This document shows, piece after piece, positions 17,918-23,594 of a stretch of 23,594 nt of DNA. Numbering within the stretch: position 1 is the first letter of the stretch; each line of letters opens with the position of its first letter. Source of the DNA: Candidatus Micrarchaeaceae archaeon (GTDB taxonomy: Archaea > Micrarchaeota > Micrarchaeia > Micrarchaeales > CABMGC01); the NCBI GenBank assembly GCA_038878295.1, contig JAVZVY010000012.1, positions 1-23,594 of the forward strand, given 5' to 3'. The notes beneath the pieces are model-generated. The model saw only the letters and a program-made list of their open reading frames with translations. It had not been told where the DNA came from and did no database searches. Both the position numbers and the translations under genes were made by a program.

Positions 17918-17923
17918 AAAAAA
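17918..17923 (-). terminator. Oligo-T tract after 23S rRNA (putative archaeal terminator)
   Basis: Minus strand GGTTTTTTGC follows directly after the 3' arm of the 23S terminal stem. Confidence 0.45.
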
Positions 17924-17939
17924 CCGGATGGAGAAGAAA

Positions 17940-20794
17940 GGTGCAAAGTTAGACTTTAGTAATGGTGCACTCACAGATCGCTTGCGCTTTCTGCTTACAT
18001 GCCCACCCTATCAAAGCCGTGTAATACGGCCGTCCTAGTGTCTCGTTTCGGGTATGGCTTCGTCCTTAGATGCTTTCAGGACTTATCCACATAGCGCGCA
18101 GCTACCCGGCGATGCTATAAACAACCGGTAAACCGGAGGCGCCGATACTCCGTTCCTCTCGTATTAAGAGTATCTTACCCTCTGACACTTACACTCCCAG
18201 TAGATATTTCCGTACTGCCTCGCGGCGTACTAAACTCAGCTCATGTAGGTCTTTGATGGACGAGCAGTCCAGCCCTTGGCGGCTACTGCACCGCCAGGAT
18301 GACCTAAGCCCATATCGGTGTATCAAACGGCCGGGTCGATGGGAACTCTCGCCGGCCACGAACCGGTTACCTCTAGAGTAACTTTTCCGACAGTTTGGAG
18401 CCCCACTAAAAGAGCTTCCAAAGTTCGTTAAGCCACTGTTTCCAGTCTGCATCTCCTGCTTTGCGAGATACAGTCAGCCCTGCATTTGCCTTTCAGCTTA
18501 ACAGCTGGTTTCCAACCAGCTTAAGCAGAGCATTGGTCACTTTCGTTTCCTTATCGAAAGCAACCGCCCAGTCTAACTACCCACCTGCAGCTGTCCTTAC
18601 TCAGTAAGCTATGTAAACAAACGTAGAGTGGTGTTACATTGTCGCTCCGCCGGGGCCGCAACCCCGGTTTCGACGCTCCCACTTACGCTATGCAACATTT
18701 GCTTCACAGCAACAACAGGCTGTAGTCAAGTTTCATAGAGACTTCATTTCCCACTGAGAGTACGTGGCATGTTCACCACGCAGTAAGTTCATCGGATCCC
18801 ACGTTGGGACAGCAGGGGAGTCGTTACGCCCTTCATGCAAGTCGCCTATTAAGCGACGAGGTATTACGCTACCTTAAGAGAGTCAGTGTTACTCCCGCTC
18901 TTTGCTAGGGCTTCGCTCCGTTGAAAGGGAGTTTCGCGTACTAGCGGTGAGCAGGCGTCACCCACTGTACTAAGCCTTACGGCTTTGCGGTGAGTTGTGT
19001 TTTTAATAAACAGTCGCTCCCCTCTAGTCACTGAGATCTGCGCTTACCGGGCGCAGACATGGCTTATCGATAACTTACGCCACCAATTTGCCGATTTCCC
19101 TAACGTGGGTTATTCCGCCACGCCTTGGCCTTTTCAGCCAGCAGCACCTGTTGTGGTTCTAGGTACGGGTTAGTATGATCGTTGTAGATTCCCTTTTCAC
19201 GGGCTCAGGAACTCAGCCATCTTTCGATTCATTTAGCTGCTTCTCTTCATAATGAAACTCCGCAGCCATTTGCATCTCATTGCAGGCCTATCCCCAAGCG
19301 TCGGAAATCCACCTTGTGTTGCCACGCCTACATACTGAGTGCTGGAATATTAACCAGCTTCCCTTTTGCGCGGGAGTGATTGGCTCCGCGCTTAGGATCG
19401 ACTAACTCCCTGCTGAAGATCATGGCAAGGAAAACCTTGTGCTTTCGGCGTATGGGATTTTCACCCATATTTGCTATTACTAATACCAGGATTTTCACTG
19501 CCGCGCAGTCCACTTGATCTCAAAACCAAGCTTCTTGCCGTGCGGCACGCCCTCTTACCAGTGCTTTCGCACTCTAGGGTATCGGTACCTAGCTTAGCCC
19601 CGTCCATCTTCGGCCCATCATGGCTCAATCGGTCCGCTATTACGCGTTGTTTAAAGGATGGCTGCTTCTGAGCCTACCTTCCGACTGTCTGCGCCACAAA
19701 AAGCCTTCAACACACTTAGCTAGGATTTAGGGACCTTAACCTTAGTCACCGTTTTTCCGGTCTCGCCGCACTAGCTTACCCAATGCGGCCTACTCTCGGG
19801 CAGCCAGCATGCACATTCGGAGTTTGACTATAAGGAGGAGCCTTTCGGCTCCGTGCCAAATAATCGGTAGCTCTACCGCGCATGCGAGTAAACCCAAGGC
19901 TATCCTTAAGATATTTCAGAGGGGACCCGTTATTGCCATGTTCGACTGGTCTATCGCCCCTACCCGCAGCTCACCCAAAAGGATACACCATTACTGGTTG
20001 CGGACCTCCGTTGAGCGTTAGCCCAACTTCGTCCTGGCCGCGCGTAGATCACAATGGCTTCGGGTCGTATAAGTGTGACTTAGGCATCTTCATACCCAGT
20101 GCCTCATTTCTTGCGCACTCTCGCTTTCGCTACGCTATTAGCTTGCCACGCCTATACACTCCCTGGCTCTTGCTTCCAGAAGAAAGATACAACGCTGATT
20201 CGCACGCTTCGCTTGGCGCTTTCGCGCTTTCGCTTCGCATGCATCATTCCTTTCGCGCAGTACCTTCTTGTAACCACCTAGTTTCAGATCTTTTCACTCC
20301 CATACGTATGGGTTCTTTTCAGCTTTCGCTCACGCTACTTGTTCGCTATCGGTCTCTAGCCTATATTTAGGGTTGGAGTTTAGTGCCCCCATCTTCGCTC
20401 GACGTATCAAGGCCGAGCTACTCTCTCACGGCACGACTTGCAACATACTGCCTACGAGGCTGTCACTCTCTTTGGCCGCTTCTTCCAAAGCGTTCGGCTA
20501 ATGAAGCAAGTCTTAAGCCGCACCACATCTCTGAGCCTTTTGCAAAGCCAGATTCAGTTTGCCCTCTGCCGCTTTCACTCGTGTTACTAACGGCATCGCG
20601 TTTGCTTTCTTTTCCTGCGGGTACTAAGATGTTTCAATTCCCCGCGTCTGCATGCACCATTATTCATGGCGCATAATTCAGTTGCCCCAGGTTCAAGGGT
20701 TGACCTGCACCTACCCTGGGATTTTCGCAGCTTGCCACGACTTTCGTCGCTGCTAGAGCCAAGCCATCCCCTAGGTGGCTTAAATTTTTGCACC
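17940..20794 (-). rRNA. rrl: 23S rRNA (stand-alone, about 2.85 kb, no intron seen)
   Basis: Continuous colinear match to LSU landmarks on the minus strand (GAATTGAAACATCTTAGTA, CAGAAGCAGCCATC, CTTAAGGTAGCG, TACGAGAGGAAC, CTGAAAGCATCTAAG). Flanked by an 18-bp stem (17930-17947 with 20787-20804). Mature ends are approximate. Confidence 0.97.
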
Positions 20795-20986
20795 TTACTT
20801 CTCCTCAAATCAATTGCAAACCTGCAATCTCACAACGCACAGCGCATCTGCCCTAAAAAGCATTTTTTTCATCAAGCAAGAGCTCTCGAAAAACAGGCCT
20901 TTAAGAGTATTGCTGTGCCATAAAAGCACCAGAATATATTAATGCAAAAAGATATTTAAAGCTGCTTATGTCAAGTGATCTGCGCA

Positions 20987-21865
20987 TTACAATATGGAGA
21001 GCAGCATATAACCAACTACAGATATGGCAAAGCCTACCTTCTGCAGGCGCGTTATGCTCTCCTTGTAGGCGAGGAAGCCCACAAACCAGATTATTATAGG
21101 CTCCATCGAGAGTATTGCGCTGCCTATAGCGAGCCTGTTGCTGAAGGCAACAAAGGAGAAGAGCAGGTTACCTGAGCCGTCGAAGATGCCAGCAAGCAGC
21201 GCAAGCGCCATCATTGCGAAGCCGATATTGTGCATCTTTGGCGCGCTGTGCGCTGCATGTTTTGATTTTGCGTATTTGTAGTAGGCATATGCAAAAATGG
21301 TTCCGAAGATCCTGACGAGCAGAAGCGGTGCGATGAAGTTCCTGTAGTGCAATACAGCAAGCACGACAATAAACCAGTATGCTGCCCACATCACATTGCC
21401 GGCAAGCGCCGGTGCAAGGCGCCTATCAAGCCTGAGCTCCTTGGTAAATACTATAAGCGATACTCCAGCGAATATCACAATCATGCTGACAAGCTGCAGA
21501 GCGCTAAGGTGCTCGCCAAGCGCAAAGATGCCGAATAGTATAAGCAGAGGGGGCTGTACCTCCACAAGCATGTATGAGTTTGCCACGCCGCCCTCAGGCA
21601 CAGACTTGTAGACGAAAAGGTAGCCAAGAAAGAGCGCAGCGCCCCCAGCAGCGCCGACAGCGAGGAGAAGCGACACGTTGCTTAAATTAAAGGTGCCGTA
21701 GGCAATGAAAAGCAAAAGCATGGGTATTATGCCTGCTGCCAGTACGGCTACAGACGCAAGCTCCTTGCCCAATTTCTTTATGTAGAGCTTCGACGCCGAG
21801 TCTACGACAATCCAGAATGCAACTGCACTGAGCGCCGCTATGATTATGGAAGAGTACATGCGCAT
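20987..21865 (-). CDS. EamA/DMT-family transporter
   Basis: About 10 TM helices in two repeats, with FALGEHLS and LAYKESIT repeat-end motifs. Confidence 0.9.
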   Translation of the reverse strand: MRMYSSIIIAALSAVAFWIVVDSASKLYIKKLGKELASVAVLAAGIIPMLLLFIAYGTFNLSNVSLLLAVGAAGGAALFLGYLFVYKSVPEGGVANSYMLVEVQPPLLILFGIFALGEHLSALQLVSMIVIFAGVSLIVFTKELRLDRRLAPALAGNVMWAAYWFIVVLAVLHYRNFIAPLLLVRIFGTIFAYAYYKYAKSKHAAHSAPKMHNIGFAMMALALLAGIFDGSGNLLFSFVAFSNRLAIGSAILSMEPIIIWFVGFLAYKESITRLQKVGFAISVVGYMLLSIL

Positions 21866-22035
21866 TCATCTCTTGCTCAGCTTATATATTTTTCTCAGAA
21901 ACAGATTTGCACTAAGCCAATCGAATAATAATGAGCATAAACGAAAGCATATTGCTCATTCTTATCTGGTCTGGAGCAGAAAGAATGTATTGATAGTATT
22001 TGATTGCCTTACATCTATAAATGGGAATGTACTTT

Positions 22036-22068
22036 GCGGGGCTCGAACCTGCAACCTCCGTTTACAAA
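22036..22068 (-). pseudogene. Possible degenerate tRNA 3'-half remnant
   Basis: Minus strand TTTGTAA-ACGGA-GGTT-GCAGG-TTCGAGC-CCCGC resembles anticodon loop, variable loop and T-arm. No D-arm or acceptor pairing was found. Confidence 0.35.
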
Positions 22069-22082
22069 AATATCGGCAATGA

Positions 22083-23594
22083 TCATGCTGTAGTTGATGC
22101 GCTCTTGCTTATCTCGGCCTTTGCCGCTGCTAACCTCGCTATCGGCACCCTGTACGGCGACATGCTAACATAATCTATGCCTATGCCGCTGAAGAATATT
22201 ATTGAATTAGGGTCGCCGCCGTGCTCGCCACACACGCCCACTTCCAGCTTCTTGTTCGCGGCCTTGCCTTCCTTGGCGCAAAGCTCCATTAGCCTGCCAA
22301 CTGCACTTTTGTCGATGGTGCTGAAAGGATCCGCAGGAAGAAGCTTGTTGTCTATGTAGAAAGGCATAAATTTTGCCTCTACATCATCCCTGCTGAATGC
22401 AAAGGTGCCCTGCGTTAGGTCGTTTGTGCCGAATGAGAAGAACTCTGCATACTTTGCAAGCTCTGCGCCTGTAAGCGCAGCCCTTGGGGTTTCTATCATC
22501 GTGCCTATCTTATAATCTACGCGCATGCGCTTGGCCTTGAAGACTCTCTCTGCGGTTTCCATTATTATCTGCTTGGCTTTTGCAAATTCATCTGCTATCG
22601 CAACCTGCGATACCATTATTTCTGGCCTTACCTTAATTCCTTTCCTCTTGAGATCAATCGCTGCTTCGAGTATTGCCTCTACCTGCATCTCATATATTTC
22701 CCTGTGCATGAGCGCAAGCCTAACGCCTCGCTGGCCCATCATAGGGTTGCTTTCTCTGAGCTCCATGACTCTGTCAAGAAGAAGCTCATTTTCTTTCAGT
22801 TCTTCGCTGTTCGGATCCTTGCTCTTCAGTTCGATTATTTTTGGTATAAGCTCCTCAGCTTTCGGCAGAAATTCGTGAAGCGGCGCGTCAAGAAGCCTTA
22901 TTGTTATGGGTTTGCCCTTCGCTATAGTAAACATCTTTTCGAAGTCGCTCTTCTGCATAGGCTTTATCAGCGCAAGCTGTTTTCTGCGCTCTTCTTCTGA
23001 GTTAGCAAGTATCATCTTTCTAACAAGGCTGAGCCTGTCCTGAGAGGTGAACATGCGCTCCGTCCTGGCGAGGCCAACGCCTTCTGCGCCGTTTTCTATA
23101 GCTTTTGCAACCATTTCAGGCGTGTCAGCGTTTGCCCTTATGCCGAGCTTTCTTATGCTGTCTGCCCAGGCTAGCAGTTTGTTTGTGCTTTGGGTCATTG
23201 TCGGCTCTGTAAGCTTAAGCTCGTCTGCGTATACACTGCCTGTAGTGCCGTCTATCGTTATCTTAGAGCCTGATTGCAATCTTGTTTGCCCTACCTCGAG
23301 ATATTTTTCTTCAGCATTGACAATTATCTCTTCTGCGCCGACTATGCATGGCTTGCCCATGCCCCTGGTTACTACAGCTGCATGGCTCGTGACGCCGCCT
23401 CTGCTTGTAAGCACGCCATCGCTAGCTGCTATGCCTGTTATGTCTTCTGGAGTCGTCTCCTGCCTGACAAGTATGACGCTGCTGCCCTTCTTTTTCATAG
23501 CTACAGCATCCTCATTTGTGAATGCAATGGCGCCTGTGGCTGCGCCTGGCGAAGCCGGAAGGCCCTTAGCTATCGGTTTTGCAGTTTCTTTTGG
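22083..23594 (-). CDS. ppdK: Pyruvate, phosphate dikinase (5'-truncated by the window edge)
   Basis: GLPASPGAATG, phospho-His motif GGVTSHAAVV, ESNPMMGQRG, SFGTNDLTQ and GVCGEHGGDP. The frame is open to the window end. Confidence 0.96.
   Translation of the reverse strand, partial: PKETAKPIAKGLPASPGAATGAIAFTNEDAVAMKKKGSSVILVRQETTPEDITGIAASDGVLTSRGGVTSHAAVVTRGMGKPCIVGAEEIIVNAEEKYLEVGQTRLQSGSKITIDGTTGSVYADELKLTEPTMTQSTNKLLAWADSIRKLGIRANADTPEMVAKAIENGAEGVGLARTERMFTSQDRLSLVRKMILANSEEERRKQLALIKPMQKSDFEKMFTIAKGKPITIRLLDAPLHEFLPKAEELIPKIIELKSKDPNSEELKENELLLDRVMELRESNPMMGQRGVRLALMHREIYEMQVEAILEAAIDLKRKGIKVRPEIMVSQVAIADEFAKAKQIIMETAERVFKAKRMRVDYKIGTMIETPRAALTGAELAKYAEFFSFGTNDLTQGTFAFSRDDVEAKFMPFYIDNKLLPADPFSTIDKSAVGRLMELCAKEGKAANKKLEVGVCGEHGGDPNSIIFFSGIGIDYVSMSPYRVPIARLAAAKAEISKSASTTA

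Noticed and set aside
18260..18270. A-loop U2554C variant
   Set aside because: To my knowledge it is already seen in other archaea, so it is not notable on its own.
17940..20794. 23S as a pseudogene because of its many non-consensus bases
   Set aside because: Helices keep their pairing through compensatory changes (2064/2446, 2589/2605, 2512/2574), and the terminal stem is intact. It cannot be fully excluded without expression data.
18189..20923. Several ORFs inside the 23S region (e.g. 19882-20370) as possible intron-encoded homing endonucleases
   Set aside because: The rRNA is colinear with the consensus throughout, with no insertion, and no LAGLIDADG-like motif is present. These are shadow ORFs.
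21943..21956. 14-nt exact match (GAAAGCATATTGCT) to the 5S rRNA 3' region at 6283-6296
   Set aside because: Roughly one 14-mer match is expected by chance in a 23.6-kb self-comparison, and the match does not extend.
1..23594. CRISPR arrays, IS elements, integrases, complete tRNA genes and antisense ORFs
   Set aside because: No spaced direct repeats, transposase or integrase motifs, or full cloverleafs were seen. The other ORF-track entries are shadows of well-supported genes.

Overview
This is an archaeal chromosomal window. It has archaeal-type r-proteins (eS4, eL19, eL32), an RNase P Rpp29 gene, GGTG(A) Shine-Dalgarno motifs and TATA promoters. The unlinked 23S and 5S genes and the divergent sequences suggest a DPANN lineage such as Micrarchaeota; that placement is inference. 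From left to right it contains: a TPR-AAA+ ATPase coupled to RNase HI, a GAF/PAS histidine kinase, a membrane-anchored Thr-rich putative glycoprotein, an HhH-GPD glycosylase, a stand-alone 5S rRNA, pyrH, Hsp20, a truncated spc-type operon (rnp1-S17-L14-L24-S4e-L5-S14-S8-L6-L32e-L19e-L18-S5, lacking L30/L15/secY), a dsrE-tusA-sqr-like operon, an M20 peptidase, two orphan ORFs, a stand-alone 23S rRNA, an EamA transporter and the 3' part of ppdK. The most striking signal is in the translation apparatus. The 23S rRNA carries substitutions at normally near-invariant positions in the peptidyl transferase centre (several compensatory), the tunnel entrance, the P-loop, H69 and the sarcin-ricin loop (bulged G to A). 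The same AGUA to AAUA change appears in 5S loop E. Two r-protein genes (uS14, uS17) appear to start at CTG. E. coli rRNA numbering was assigned by eye from the remembered consensus and needs a formal alignment.
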